DNA of 64,000 nt from Anolis carolinensis (lineage: Eukaryota). The DNA lies in contig NC_085845.1 in the NCBI RefSeq assembly GCF_035594765.1, positions 38,248,024 through 38,312,023 of the forward strand, given 5' to 3'. How positions within the stretch are numbered: position 1 is the first letter of the stretch; the number at the start of each line of letters is the position of its first letter. A program made the position numbers and the translations under genes. This document shows, piece by piece, positions 1-13,420 of the stretch. The notes under the pieces are model-generated. The model saw nothing but the letters and a program-made list of their open reading frames with translations, ran no database searches and was not told the DNA's origin.

Positions 1-700
1 AGTTAAAAAGGTTTGGTTACCATTCCCCTCCCCTACATGATTCCCAATTCCCTCTCCATAATTCTAGCCCCAGTCTTTATGCCCTCCCAAAGATTCCCAG
101 ATCATCACAAATAAGGACACCCCTAGATACTGTTCAGGCCCAGTCCAGGTCTTCATGGGGGGGGGGGGTAAACTGTGATATGAGGTCCTTGAGGAAGTAG
201 ATGGGGGTGTTTTGTCTCATGATGGTGAGGTGTCTCTATCCATGTTGGTAAAAGTCCTAGAGTGCCAAGATCTTATTGACTGGCTTAACATAGGTGGATT
301 GCACATGAACCCAGAGTCTCAAGCTTGTCTAGTCCACAGGTCTTGCCCAACCCACCCCAACCTAGACCCAAACTCAAATAGCCCAACTCACCCTGAACCC
401 AAAAAGACCCTCCAAGATGCAACCCCGCCCAAAAAAAAAACCCCTTGCAAAGGTGATGGTAAAACTCCCTGAACCCAAAAACAAAGGCGATTGTTAGTCT
501 CTAAAGAAAAATTGCACATCTGCAAGACAAAGTGCGACAAAGGGCCAGTGAAGGCGTTTTTATCTGCTGCTGGCTTCAGGTGAGACTGCACAGCTGTGGG
601 GGCCACACCCTGTATGTTTGGTGAGGCTGGACCCAGGCAGACGTTCTGAAAAAGAGCTCTCACCCTCTGGCTGCCTTTGTTGCTCAGCAAGCCAATACAT
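1..700 (-). mobile_element. Probable 5' region (5'UTR / pre-ORF2) of an L2-type LINE running off the window start
   Basis: GC-richer than the flanks. The minus strand reads ...GGGTGTGGCCCCCACAGCTG... then a G-rich tract resembling squamate L2 5' regions. No catalytic motif lies inside the window. Confidence 0.35.
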
Positions 701-726
701 TGAGAATGGCAAGAAGGAGACTTAGG

Positions 727-910
727 CTATGTCCTCACTGCAGAATGATAGTAGCTTGACACTACATTGATGGCCGTAACTCAGTAATATGGAATTCTAG
801 GATGTATAGGATTTACAGATTACAAATTATAAGTCCCAGGATTCTATTAGATGGAACCATAGCAGTTAAAGTTGTGCCAAATTGCTATAATTATGCACTG
901 TGAGTGGTCA
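727..910. mobile_element. Degenerate palindromic Harbinger-like MITE
   Basis: Imperfect palindrome (CACTGCAGAAT...ATTATGCACTGTG). It shares GGATTC(C/T)AT and GCAGTTAAAG motifs with copies at 14207 and 63359. Confidence 0.55.
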
Positions 911-1895
911 ATTGGTCTTTAGGATACACTTTGGGTGTAGAATCACTTTTGGAAATGTTGATCCTGAACCCTGTTAATTTGGATTTTTCAACAAGGCTGT
1001 GTTAATGACATCATCAATTTTGTGACTTTTGTTCACTAAACTCTTAGGGTGACAAGAGAGCAAGGAATTGGAGTTCACTTAAGCATCAGGGCCTTTTTTA
1101 AGAGGAAGTGTTGAGAAAGTTCAATCCCGTTGCTTGTTGACTGCAACTGTACAACTGAGTCCACAATCCATCTTTACATGCACGTAGAAAAATGCCTCTG
1201 ATGAGTGCTAGCAAGACTTACAATTACAAAGTATATGTAAATCTATTCTGTAATCATGCATTCCACTTACACTCCTTACTATTTTCTCTCCTTTGACATG
1301 GTCTCAAGATGGAGGGTTCAGAAGTGATTGTCATATGGCCTATTCTATACTTTCTGTTAGGGAGACAGTGAGATTATGTTATTTTGTCTCGGGGCCATGT
1401 TATGAAGTCAGTGATATAGTCAAATAGCTTAGAACAAAATCCAATCTGTCAGAGCAGACGGAAACTTAAGGCAGGCTCTATAGAGACATGTTATTCTTTT
1501 TCAACTACAAATGAAATTCAAATATTTTTGTCTTTTAATTTATTCTGCCTGTTTTTATTTATTCAGACCCAACTGTTCAAAACCTCTTAAGAGACTGTAT
1601 TTTGCCATAAAGAAAATAATTCAAAAGTTGCCTGCTGGACGCCCAAAAGTATTCCATGCTATGATGCAAGGCTGTAGCATTGAATCTCAGTGTGTCTGAT
1701 AAAGCCTCAGAAGAATAATTTTTGAAGCTTTGACTTCTGGGAAGCAAAGCTATATATAGCATGCAACTGGAAAAAATCCATTTAAAGAAATTTCTTTTTT
1801 TGCCCTATTTACATTAACACCAAGCCATCTGAGTAGCTGCATGAATTATTTAGTTCTTGAACACTATATCAAGTATTGGACATCGAGTAATACCT

Positions 1896-2228
1896 AGGTA
1901 AAGGTAAGGCTTTTCCCTTGACATTAAGTCTAGTTGTGTCTGATTCTGGGGATTGGTGCTCATCTCCATTTCTAAGCCGAAGAGCTGGCGTTGTCCATAG
2001 ACTCTTCCAAGGTCATGTAGCTGGCATGACTGCATGGAGTGCCATTACCTTTCTGCTGGAATGGTATCTATTGATCTACTCACATTTGCATGTTTTCAAA
2101 CTGCTAGGTTGGCAGAAGCTGGGGCTAACATTGGAAGGTCATCCTGCTCCCTGGATTCAAAGCACCGACCTTTCTGTCAGCAAGTTCAGCAGCTCAGTGG
2201 TTTAACCCATTGCACCACCGGGGGCTCC
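1896..2228 (-). mobile_element. Sauria SINE, full length
   Basis: Reverse complement of a tRNA-like head (GGAGCCCC GGTGGTGCAATGGGTTAAAC) with an ACCTTT-repeat tail. Colinear with copies at 3708 and 38786. Confidence 0.9.
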
Positions 2229-2676
2229 TAATATGGACCTAATCATGCAATATTGCATTTCTTGGTAAGTGGTTTGGAACTATTCTAACTAATGTTTATT
2301 TTTATCTGTATTTCTTTATATTTAGCGAGAGATCTGTGTACTGTTAGCATGCCATTTTATTTATGACTTATGCTGTCCTGTTATCATCTGACATAACATG
2401 AAGAAAATAGCTTCAATTTATTACAGTACAGTTATAGGGTAATGATATACACACATCAAAAGTGAAAGAAATAATAATATCTGGCCAAAGCTTTGCCTTG
2501 TCAATGTTTATGATAATAGTGGCATAGACTTTTTGTAGACTCTGGCTTGCTTGCTCCCTCACTGCATTTTTAACTCACAAACTGAGATTTGGATGCAAAG
2601 CAGAGACATTGAAATTGGTGAAACCCTTGAGCTCCACTAATTTTAATGACTCTTTTTAAAGTAAGACTGTGGTGTC

Positions 2677-3003
2677 TGGCATTCTATGCAATTATGACAT
2701 TGTGCTTCCATGTTAACTAACTGCTATGTAACATCATAGGGAATTCTGTAAAAATTATAAACGCTCTACACTAAACAGAAAATCCCAAGATTCAATAAGA
2801 TGTAGCCAATACAGTTAAAGTGATATCATAGTGTCATCATTGTGTAGAGCAGTGGTTCTCATCCTGGGCCCCCCAGTGTTTTTGGCCTACAACTTCCAGA
2901 AATCCCAGCCAGTTTACCAGCTGTTAGGATTTCTGGGAGTTGAAGGCCAAAAACATCTGGGGACCCCAGGTTGAGAACCACTGGTGTAGAGTAAAGAGCC
3001 CCG
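2677..3003. mobile_element. Degenerate Harbinger-like palindromic MITE interrupted by a hAT MITE
   Basis: The left arm CTATGCAATTATGACA mirrors the right arm TGTCATCATTGTGTAG, and the CAGTTAAAGTG motif is present. Confidence 0.5.
2850..2983. mobile_element. hAT-Charlie-type MITE (134 bp)
   Basis: TIRs CAGTGGTTCTCA/TGAGAACCACTG with a perfect 8-bp TSD GTGTAGAG (2842-2849, 2984-2991). Confidence 0.93.
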
Positions 3004-3116
3004 AATCTGGATCCATGGCCCTTAATGTTTAAAATACAATTGACTTAGAAGGTTTGCTTATATGACTTGCCTTGGTTTCAAAGAGACTCTTCATGAACCA
3101 TCTTGACTTGTTAGAC

Positions 3117-3251
3117 TAGTGGTTCTCAATCTGTGGGTCCCCAGGTGTTTTGGTCTACAATTCACAGAAATCCTAGCCAGTTTACCAGCTATTAGGATTT
3201 CTGGGAATTGAAGGCCAAAACATCTGGGGACCAACAGATTGAGAACCACTG
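3117..3251. mobile_element. hAT-Charlie-type MITE, same family
   Basis: TIRs (T)AGTGGTTCTCAA/TTGAGAACCACTG with a perfect 8-bp TSD TGTTAGAC. Confidence 0.93.
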
Positions 3252-3707
3252 TGTTAGACATTTTAATCATGACTTCAGTTTTAAGCAATTTTAATTGACA
3301 TTCATTTATTAATTATTCACTTGCATATCATTACCCTAGTAATTCCCAAAGTCCATGCCACAAGAAAACTTCTGCTGGGCTGTGAGAAACAAATGAAATA
3401 AAGATTCCTGTGAGTTTCTGAAGTAACCAACCATAGAGAGTTGGTCTTCTGGTATGGTTTTTGTCTTTAGCCAATTACTTTTTATTGTGATTACATAACT
3501 GCGCTGCAGTGTTGCACTAGGTTTTACAGGATAATTTCTAACATGCTTCTAATTAATTCCATGAAGGTAGTTGACAGAAAAAATGACTGTCAAAGAAAGC
3601 TGCCCACCAAAACACAAAATTGAATTCCTCTGGTGCATGCAATTTTTAATTTTTAATTCCTAATTATCTATACTATGAGAATTAGGTATAAAGTACTCCA
3701 AATTTCT

Positions 3708-4025
3708 GGAGCCCCCAGTGGTGCATCAGGTTAAACTGCTGAGCTGCTGAACTTGCTGACCAAAATGTCAGCGGTTTGAATCTGGGGAGTGGGGTGAGCT
3801 CCCACTGTTAGCCCCAGCTTCTGCCAACCTAGCAGCCTGCATGTTTGAAAACATGTACATGTGAGTAGATCAGGCAGGAAGGTAATGGCGCTCCATGCCG
3901 GCCACATGACATTGGAGGTGTCTATGGACAACGCCAGCACTTTAGCTTAGAAATCGAGATGAGCACCAACCCCCAGAGTCAGACACAACTAGACTTAATG
4001 TCAGGGGAAACTTTTACCTTTTACC
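3708..4025 (+). mobile_element. Sauria SINE, full length
   Basis: GGAGCCCCCAGTGG head and TTTACC tail. 12-bp TSD TACTCCAAATTT (3694-3705) / TACTTCAAATTT (4026-4037). Confidence 0.92.
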
Positions 4026-5973
4026 TACTTCAAATTTAATTTAGAATAAAAGTGTGCCTTACCAAAGTTGAAATAAGTATCCATACCTCAAAGTTGCACA
4101 ACCATATATCTCTTGCAATGGGGAGAGAAGGGTTATTGGAGGTGGGGGCCTACCTTCCCAGCAGAGAATAGGAAATACCTAAAATTCATCTGGATCACTG
4201 GTCAGGTCTGTTGTCTCCACTCAGTGATTAGAGAAAATAAGGTATTTAAATTTTAAATACCCTGCATAGTTTTGAGCTGAGCTGAGTTTTATAGCAGGAA
4301 CATTAATATGGATAAGTGAACTGTGTGCTTTGTATGCATGGAAGCTGTTGTATGGATTTGAACTCAGCTTTGCAATCCAGGGAAATGTTGCAAGCTGCTG
4401 TTCTTTGCAACCAGGTGAGCTTTTGGATTTGGACCTACTCCTAATTCAGCATCTGGTTAGTGATATGCATACATGTAAGTGTCGTTGACAAAAGACTTAT
4501 TTTTTCACAGGTACCTTTTTATCCTTTTGTGACCTATCTAAAACAGCTCCTCAAAGGTTACTGTTTATGCCAAGGAGCTGAGGCTTACTAAGGAGGATTG
4601 GGGAAAGATAATTCAAAGGAGGAAGATATTTCTTGTGTTAGCTGTAAGAAAGAAAGATGGAGTGAATCCTCCTTCCCCTTCCCATTGAAGACAAAACCAA
4701 CTGTTATCCTACTTTTTTTGAATTGCTTCCTTCCTTCCTCTTCTCCCCACTGCCAAGCAACAAGAAATGACCGTGCAGGGGAAAGCATCAACTGCATGAG
4801 AAGAGCATTATTATCCATCTGTTCAGTTGTAAGAATAAGTGTAAAGTATTGTGCTTTTTGGATTTCTGGTACCCTTTGTTAACTTTAGATATATTCTGAA
4901 GATTTTTTGTTTCCTTTTGTCCCATATAGCCATATACCTCTAAATGTTTGCTGACCATTGAGAGTGGCAGAAATAACTTTCCAAGAGGAATTGGTAGAGT
5001 TCAGGACATAACTATAGATGTAACACTAATGAGGTTCTGGCAGTCACCTTGCAGTCTTTACAGTAACCACCTTTCTAGAACAGATCATTGTTCTGCCAGT
5101 CACATGTCATCCCCATCCAAGCAAAATGAGTTCAAATGATTTCCATCTGGTAGATCCTTTTCTAAAATTGCTGATCATAAACCCTTTTAGAACTGCTTCT
5201 GGAAAGACATTGACCATAGTTACTGAGAAATCAAATATCATTCTTCAATCCTACTAAAAGAAAGCTTCTTGGTTGTATTAGAAGTGACTCATAGAAATAT
5301 GTGAATGGGTAATAGTGGGAGGAGTCCTATTTATGCAAGTCTTTTAGCAAAATGTGTGAAACAGAGGAGTAAAGGCATTTTCACTCAGCATGAAATATTC
5401 ATGCTGATAACGTACATAAAACAAAAGATGGAGTATTTTCTGCAGGGAAATTACCTTCTATGATGAGCTCCATTTATGCATGATGGAGTTTTAAATTTTT
5501 GAAAACCTCTTTGGTGTTCGTCCCCTCAGCCCCATTGCAATTCTGGTGGTTTTAATTTCAAGCATATAAACAGAGAACTGTAAACTTCTTTGCTAAAAGG
5601 GTATGGCCATGTTTAAAGTCGTATTTATTTCATTCACTGAAAATAAAATTGCTTTTTACAATGGCAGTGATTACGAAATCAATATTTAGGACTGCAGGTT
5701 CATGGAGTTTGTTGCTGTGTGTGATGGGAGTGCTTCAGTTTCAGAGTACCCTTGGTTGAAATGTGTCTTCATTTACTCCCCTTTTCATGTGTTGCTATTG
5801 TGTCTTTGATGGACAAACTTCTATATTAACTGCAATACCCCTTTCATTTCAGGGTGGCGAATTATGTTACATTGGAAAAAAAGATCTGAATCAATATTTT
5901 TTTTCTGAATTTATCCAAAAGATTCAGAGGCTTGTGTTTTGATTCATAAATGCTTCATAGGAACCCTTCCAGC

Positions 5974-6013
<40 letters not shown>

Positions 6014-6150
6014 CAACAACAACAACAACAACTTTTTGTACCCCACCTCAATCTCCCCGAAGGGATTCAGAGTGGTTTACATATGGCACAAGGTGCCTAA
6101 AACAACACATAAAATAAACACACAGTACAATACAAAATAAAACCATAAGT
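5974..6150 (-). mobile_element. L2 3' tail with an (AAT)n(AAC)n microsatellite
   Basis: CCCCACCTCAATCTCCCCGAAGGGATTCAGAGTGGTTTAC is the reverse complement of the L2-type 3' stem-loop tail. The microsatellite spans 5974-6031. Confidence 0.7.
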
Positions 6151-6822
6151 AAGTATATAAAACAATAATTTGAACTCAGAACAGTGCCAATAACCTATTT
6201 TGTCATCTTTCGTAAAAACATGGCCAACTGTAAACAAGAAGAAAGGAAAGGGATAGTGTAGCTAAGGAACAAGAGAATGGGATAAAAGTGCTGTGCTTAG
6301 AATTTTGGCGGCTTGTATCTTTGAATTGCCAAAATTTTCCAAAATCTGAAATGACGCCCAGAATTTCTCACACCTCTACCTTTCACAGCAAAGCATCTTT
6401 GGCAGTTTTATTATTTAAAGGAAAACCACCACTTCAGTCAGTTTTAAACTATGAATTTTAAAGTCACATTTGGTTAGTATTAATAATTTTAATGTGTTTA
6501 ATTTTGTGAATTCTAATATATGTGTTTTAATAGTTTCATGTTTTATATATTTATCTAGGTATTTTAATTATTTTATTTCATTATGTAGTAGTTGCATATT
6601 TTACCCCTATTTAATGACTTTTATGATGTAAAAACATAATTTTACTTATGGCAGATGATCTGCATACATTGTAGCCAATGGAAGTAGGCAACTTCACTAA
6701 AAACAGTCTAGTTGGAATGAGGGAGACTCCTGGCTTCCCACTCCTAGTGTCTTGCTGCATTGTATAAACAATGACTTTACCCAGTTGCTCATGCCCTTTC
6801 AGCTGTGGCCCTTCACTTGCCT

Positions 6823-7099
6823 GCTTTTGGAGTCAGCTGAATGAAGGTAGCTTAAAAGGGGGTGGGTGGGTGCATGAGGGAATGAAGCTTCTCTTGCCTG
6901 CACACCTGCCCCCTTTCATCCACAGTGCTTCACTTACTCGCTCTCAGATTCAGACAAGTGAAGCACCACAGATGAAAGGGGAGTAGGTCTATGGGTGAGT
7001 GAAGCTTCACTTACCCACCCCCTTTCAGTTTTACTTGGCTGAGTCCAAAAGCACTGGGTTGAAGAGAGAGACAATACCTGTTCTCTTCAACCCAGTGCT
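6823..7099. repeat. Imperfect ~230-bp palindrome followed by a perfect 18-bp hairpin (probable old MITE)
   Basis: GCTTTTGGAGTCAGC...GCTGAGTCCAAAAGC forms the outer palindrome. AGCACTGGGTTGAAGAGA (7050-7067) is the exact reverse complement of 7082-7099. Confidence 0.6.
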
Positions 7100-10000
7100 A
7101 GAGGCATGTGAAATGGCAGAAATCCATTTCACAATGGATTTCTGAAACAGTGGGGGAATTCTCCAGGCAATGTGGTGAATCCACAGGGCAGCAACCACAT
7201 TCTGAAAAAGTTTGAAGACATGGTTGTTTCAATGTGCTGTTAAGTAATCAGCTGCACTTTTGCCATATAGTCCAAAATCGTCCTGCCGGCTCCTAGCACT
7301 TTACCCTACTCTGGTTCCACTATCCATGTTTGCACAAGCCTGCCCCTCTCATGCAACCTAAATAGCCCCACTCCTTGTCCAACTGATATGTTGTGTGTTT
7401 ATTTTAAAGTTTTAAAGTCATTCGGTTTTGCTATGTATCTTAATCTTGTAACTTGTATTGTTTCATGTATATGTCAACTGTTATTTTAGGGCTTTGTCCC
7501 CATGGAAGTCGCCCCGAGTCCCCTTGGGGAAATTATTATATTATATTACGTGGGAGGCTGGGCAGAATCTTAGGATGCTGGCAGGAGACTTCTTTTATGG
7601 AGCCCCTCTGGAAGTAGCCTTGAGTCATATGATGGGCTCTGTCAGGCTCTGTTGAGGAAATGTCCTGGAAACATCCTAGGATACTTTCCAAAGATAATGT
7701 GATGAGGGCCTTAGTGTCCTATATATTTATAAAATGGCACCCTCTGGAATTATTACCTGTTTGCCAATGTCATGCCTTTTAGTGAAAAACACAACTGAAA
7801 CATACCTGCTTCTTTCTTAGGGCTTGTTTACATTGGCCAGAAAACGCAGACTCACTGCAAATTTACCGTTGTCTGTTCTCATGATGTATGAGTATCCTAG
7901 GGTTGGGGTTAATATGACTTTGCTTCAATTTAGATAAGGTTGGGATACTCCAGATTTTGCAGGTAACTCCAAAGTATTATGGAGTGTTGGGGAAGTTTGG
8001 ACAGCTGCATGGGATCTGTTTCAGACTGGTCCTTTGCTTAGATAGACTAATTGTTGCAGGAGAAGGGGATGGCTCAGCCCCATGTTGCTGTTGACATTGC
8101 TCCTAGCCAACAGAGCTCCGTTGAGCACTTGGCAATCACAGTTGTGTCTACTGATGTCAGAACAGGGCAGAAAACCCTCCACAAAAGACCTTAAGCATGA
8201 TGGTTGGAATGGACACCATTGATCTTCCCACAAGGACACCAGGGTGCCTTTATTTAGATTTGGCTGTATGATGTTATGGAGTGAGAATACAGATCTGAAG
8301 AAACAATAAAGAACAATACAACTGCTAGCAGAAGCACATTAACAGGCTAGGAAAAAAGTGACTTTCATTTTCATGAATGTTTTGTATCACTATAAATCAC
8401 CTCATTTAGATCCAAGTCACTTCCACAAATAATGGCTGAGTTTGAGAAGTAGGGTCATGTGTTAGAGCAGCTTAGCCTTTTTATTTACCCCAGTTCCTTG
8501 GTGGGTTGGTGAAGATGTCTTGCATTTTACAGGTAACATTTGAATCTGGTGGACTCTTTTCAAAAGGTAGATTTAGAAGCCGAGTCACATATACTGTATA
8601 AGCACTCTGTATGGAGACTTTGGTTTGAGATTCATATCACCTTGAATATTTAGGATTCATGTAGTGTGCATTGCAAATTCCCTTCTTCATTCCATCCCCC
8701 CTATAACAACACTACAGTTGGAGTTTATTTTTCTAATGCAAAGAAGAAAAAACTTTGAATCATTAGCATAAAGAAACTGCCACTTTGCAGAGCGGAAGAC
8801 ATTTTGTAGTAGTTGTTTAGCCTTGAGGCTGTTCATTATTTACACACAGGTATATGAATTATGGGCTCCAGGCAGTTTCTATCATTACTAATGAATGAAT
8901 AAGTGCACCCTTTTCTTTTAAAACATGTTTCATCAAAAGGACATGTTACACTACTCTTATCAATAATTATGTGCAAGCAAAATACAAGCCTCTGGGATTA
9001 TATTGTGTGTTTTGTGTATGTTTTTAAAGAATATATGTAATCACATTTTATTAAAGGAAAATGCATACAGAGATGATGAATGGCGGTTGCACGTTTTAAG
9101 TAATTAAATGATAAAATGCAACATTTTGAGTCCTGCTAACAATGAGATGTTGAAAAATACTCTACAGCTCCTAAACAGATAACATCCCATTAAAATGAAT
9201 AGCATGCACAAAATAGGGTAGGGTAATAAAAATAGATTGACAGCCTTTTAATAATAAGGCAAATAAGAATAAAATAATTACTTTCTCTCTCTCCTTCTCT
9301 CAAAAATGTAGAGCATTTACAATATTAGAAAAGTGCAATTGAAGAAGAATGAGAGAGAAATAAATCTGGCACTCCACCACTGTGTCCGGGACAGTGTAGA
9401 CTTCTTTAAATGAGTGGAAGCCCTTTCTTTTTTGATGGTTAATCGTGGCAGGAAAGCCAGAAAGAAGATACATAGCCGTAGCCAGTCATGGTAATTTAAT
9501 TTGACAAAATGAGGTCAAATGGGTGCTTGCCAAGAGGGGCAACCGATGAGTTCTACTTGTGAGATCCTTGAAGAGAACATGATCTTTGTGAATTCTTTTA
9601 TGAAATAACTTGATATGCACCTCTTGGAGCAATATACAGCTAAGAAATTCCATGAATGCTTTGAATCTTCTCTCACCAGTTTATTATACCAAGATATGCA
9701 TTTAAACATGTCAGAATTGAGATCTATAACAATTATATGTCTAAATACATTTTAGGGGATTAAAATGGGGAGCTGAAATATAGCAAGGAACTAGAATGTA
9801 ACAAAAATATGTTTAAACTCCTGAAAATAAAACTGACTGCAAACAGAAACACTGATTTCTTACAGGTGTGTTTATTCAAAGGCACACTGAGTTGCCGAGT
9901 GGTCAGGAGCCTCCCCCTGCATACCAGGTTGGAGAAGTTCTTTGACCACTTGGAACAACTCTGCTGGTCTCATAAGACTGAAATCAGTTTTATCAGTATC

Positions 10001-12805
10001 TGTGCAATACAGCAGAACCAAGGGGTTTGTAAAGATGGATTTCAGTGTGAACATATACTCAGAAGTAAAACCCACAAATTCAGCAGGGCTCACCTCTAGC
10101 TCAATGTGTACAGGATTGCAACCTTGAAGTACTTACAGAGAATAGGGAAATGGGAAAACCTTTAAACATAAAATTTTGGAATGCTGCTATTTAGGCATGT
10201 TATTGCTTCCTGTCACTACTTATATAAATGTCTCACATGAGTATGAGTAATTAGCTGATACCATATATTGAACTAGTACTATTTCTGTTCTCATTGTAGT
10301 AATGCATGGTAATGAGGGAAATAAAATATCATCATCATTTAATTACTTATTAATCGCCCTCCATCCACGATGCTCTAGGCGATTTACAAGATAAAATATG
10401 TCATGCTTATGGACTAAACAAACATTGAAGTAAAATATTTTTAAAAATACACTGACTCATTATCCTTGGGGCCAATATGGCATGGCATACATTGGATTGG
10501 CACCCAGGATGGTGCACACAGTCACCCCCACAGCTCCTGTGGAGGCAGGAGGAATCTCAACTGCTTGATAGTATTGAACCTGGTTTGGCATTGCCAGATG
10601 GCCACCCGTACTATTTTCAGTGTCAGGGCAGTCTCTGGATGTGATATGGGTTCTGCTTGGTTGGCTGTTATCTATGGTGACATTGGCCAAGGCAATGGCG
10701 GAGGGGGGAAAGGGAATCGCTCCCTCCTTTTTCACTTTCCTTCCTCAATCATCCTTTCAGCCCATCTGAAATCACTGTGAATTTCAGCCAACCAGTAGGA
10801 TCCATGTTGCACATGAAGACTGCCATGACAGGGAGACACTGAGCCCAGAAAACACAGATGACAGTGAAAACAGCTGTGAATGGTTAAGTCTCAAAACTGT
10901 GTTAGCATTTGGACTCTTCCCTGACTTTGGTTAACACAGGGCAAAACTATGTTAAGGTGGCCTTGCCCCATATTACTCTGGGTCAGCTCTTTGTGGTGTT
11001 TCGACATCATGGGGCTAATCTAGAACCCTTCAAAAATTCTGAATTAAGTAGTTAGTATAGAAGTGCCCCTGGGTGCAAATTCTATATGGAACTAAAATAT
11101 TCCCAAAAGGATCCATGTAAGCAAGGGAAGATGGGTTACTATTAAAGAACTTGTCTGACATAATATAAGGCATGTTTTATAAGGATTTTTAAATCTCCTT
11201 TTGGTTCCTGATTCTGATTGAATGGTTCTTCCAAAGGATTCTTACCAATCATGATTTTTTTAAATTAGTCTAGACTAAGACACAGATTATGGAGCCTAAA
11301 CAGAGAATTTGAGTACAGTTAAAAATTGAAGTTGCATTTCTTGGGTAATGAAATGAAAACTTTGTAAATATTTATATATAGTGCATTATGTATTATTAAC
11401 ATGACTCTAAATGCAAACTTTTCAGGAAATACTTTTCGAGTCAAAGATCTACTAACCTCTTACTATTCCCAAAGAGTTCATTAACCTACATGCAAAATGC
11501 AAACATGTCTGATTCATATGCAACAAAGAAAAAATTAATGCTGCAAGCATGAATTGTTTAAGAGCAAATTAACCTGATTTGAATGGCAAAACCCCTTGAG
11601 TTGTTATTTAGGATCTGTACCGAAAGCTGTTCATAGGCTATTCATCAACTTCCTTTAAAAAAAATCTGTGCCTGATTTGTCATTCACTTATTGCAGTCTC
11701 TACTGTAGCAATGGACTCCAACTGTGCTGAATCTGCTGTGCTTAATCACTAACAAGAATTGCTGCCTTTGAAAGGGACAAGTCAGCACAATACTGGAGAT
11801 GTTATATTCTTGCAGACCAAAGCATGCTGCAGATAGTTTGTTTCCAGGTTCAATACCCTAATAAATAAGATGACCCAAGTCCTACAGTCACATAACAGTT
11901 TTCATTGGTTTTATATTAGATCTGTAGTTCTGTTGTAAGTGAAAGAGGAAGCACAGCTGCCTCACAGAAGGCTTCCATCCTAACTAACTTGACCAGAAGG
12001 CTGTATGCTCCACAGGCTAAGCTGGTTTACATGCAGTGCAATTGGACCACATGGGTAGAACTAAAGGCAGACTTGAAAAGCAACTGTTTTCACAGCAGTC
12101 AATCTAAATTTGAATGATAATTGAAAAATGTAATGATCACAGGAGCTGAAAATAGAAATCCAAAGAATGGCTGTGTCTAGGTTTTGTGAAAAGAGAAAAA
12201 TCCAATACCACTAATAAAAAACAGAGGGAACTTGGCAAACGTTTGTAGTAGAAAGTATGCAAATGATAACACAAATAATGAAAAGAGAACTGTGAAAATA
12301 AGGAGGAATGAATAATCAGCTAGAAAAATCATATCATCAGCATGATCCTTTTTTCGGCTTATTTCTCTGAAATTCTACAAAGAGGCTTGCAGCGTTATAG
12401 TGGCAACAACTTTTGTTTAGTGCAACACAATATGCTCTATTATTATTCCACCAGGTTTTTGTTCAGCTTTCTTCATTCGATCATGGTGTCTAAACCAACT
12501 TACAATAATTGAAAACATATGCATAATAATGAACAGAAACAAATTTGAATATCATACATTCTGGCATATTTACAAGTAGATCATCCACATTAGGATTGCT
12601 GTGAAACTGAACTCTGGGTTTGATTCTGATTCAATTGGTTCACTTAAGTAAAACCATTAGTCATCCATTGTTTTGGGGTTAAAGTATATAATTCTTTTTT
12701 ACCCAGTGTAATCAGTATAAGAAATTATCCACAGCAGACAATGCTAGTTTATGTAGATTTCATAAGTTTTTTTTTAAATGTCGTCTGCAATATATATAGA
12801 AATCT

Positions 12806-12990
12806 TTTATTTATTTATTTCCCATACTTATACCCCATCCTACTCACCCCAAAGGGGACTCAGGGCATCCTCACAACAAGCAGCAATTTGATGCCAACAT
12901 ACAATACAAAAATAACAATTACAATTAAAATCAAATCTTAAAACATAAATTACTAAAAAAGCAATTAAAATTACACAAGTTCAAAATTGT
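12806..12990 (-). mobile_element. L2 3' tail fragment
   Basis: (TTTA)n followed by TATACCCCATCCTACTCACCCCAAAGGGGACTCAGGGC and an A-rich 3'UTR. Confidence 0.7.
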
Positions 12991-13054
12991 AGTCCAGAGT
13001 CAGTCCATTAGTCAATCACTTTAAATTATTCTCATTATTGTACTGTTACAATTA

Positions 13055-13420
13055 GTAAAAAAGATCAACCCCCAAAAATGGGTCGACATCCATGTGAATA
13101 TTGTGCCTTAACTCTAATCAGGAAAAGGAACCATTTTGTTCTCGTAGTAGAGTGGAAAAAAGCAAGAGCTTAGTATATCCCAGGAGAACCTTAAAGAAAC
13201 ACTGACCCTCTCTACTCTGTCTACCATGGTGCTGCTTCTGACCTGTTTAAATTCCTGGGTGGAGAAATTGTAGCACTGGCCAGGGTTGAATGTCCCACTA
13301 AAGAGACATTGGTGCTTTCCCTTCTCCAGAGAATGATCCTTGACTTATCCATGGGTCATATCATAATTTTATCCCCCAAAATGTAATCTCAACATATTTT
13401 AGGTTGACATATACACTATA
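13055..13420. mobile_element. Tc1/mariner (Tc2-like) non-autonomous element
   Basis: Colinear with 61050-61413 (AGTAGAGTGG..AAAA.GCAAGAGCTTAGTAT.TCCCAG) and has a degenerate GACTTATAC-type end. Confidence 0.6.

Noticed and set aside
3708-3790. tRNA-like A/B box sequence
   Set aside because: It is the head of a Sauria SINE, not a tRNA gene.
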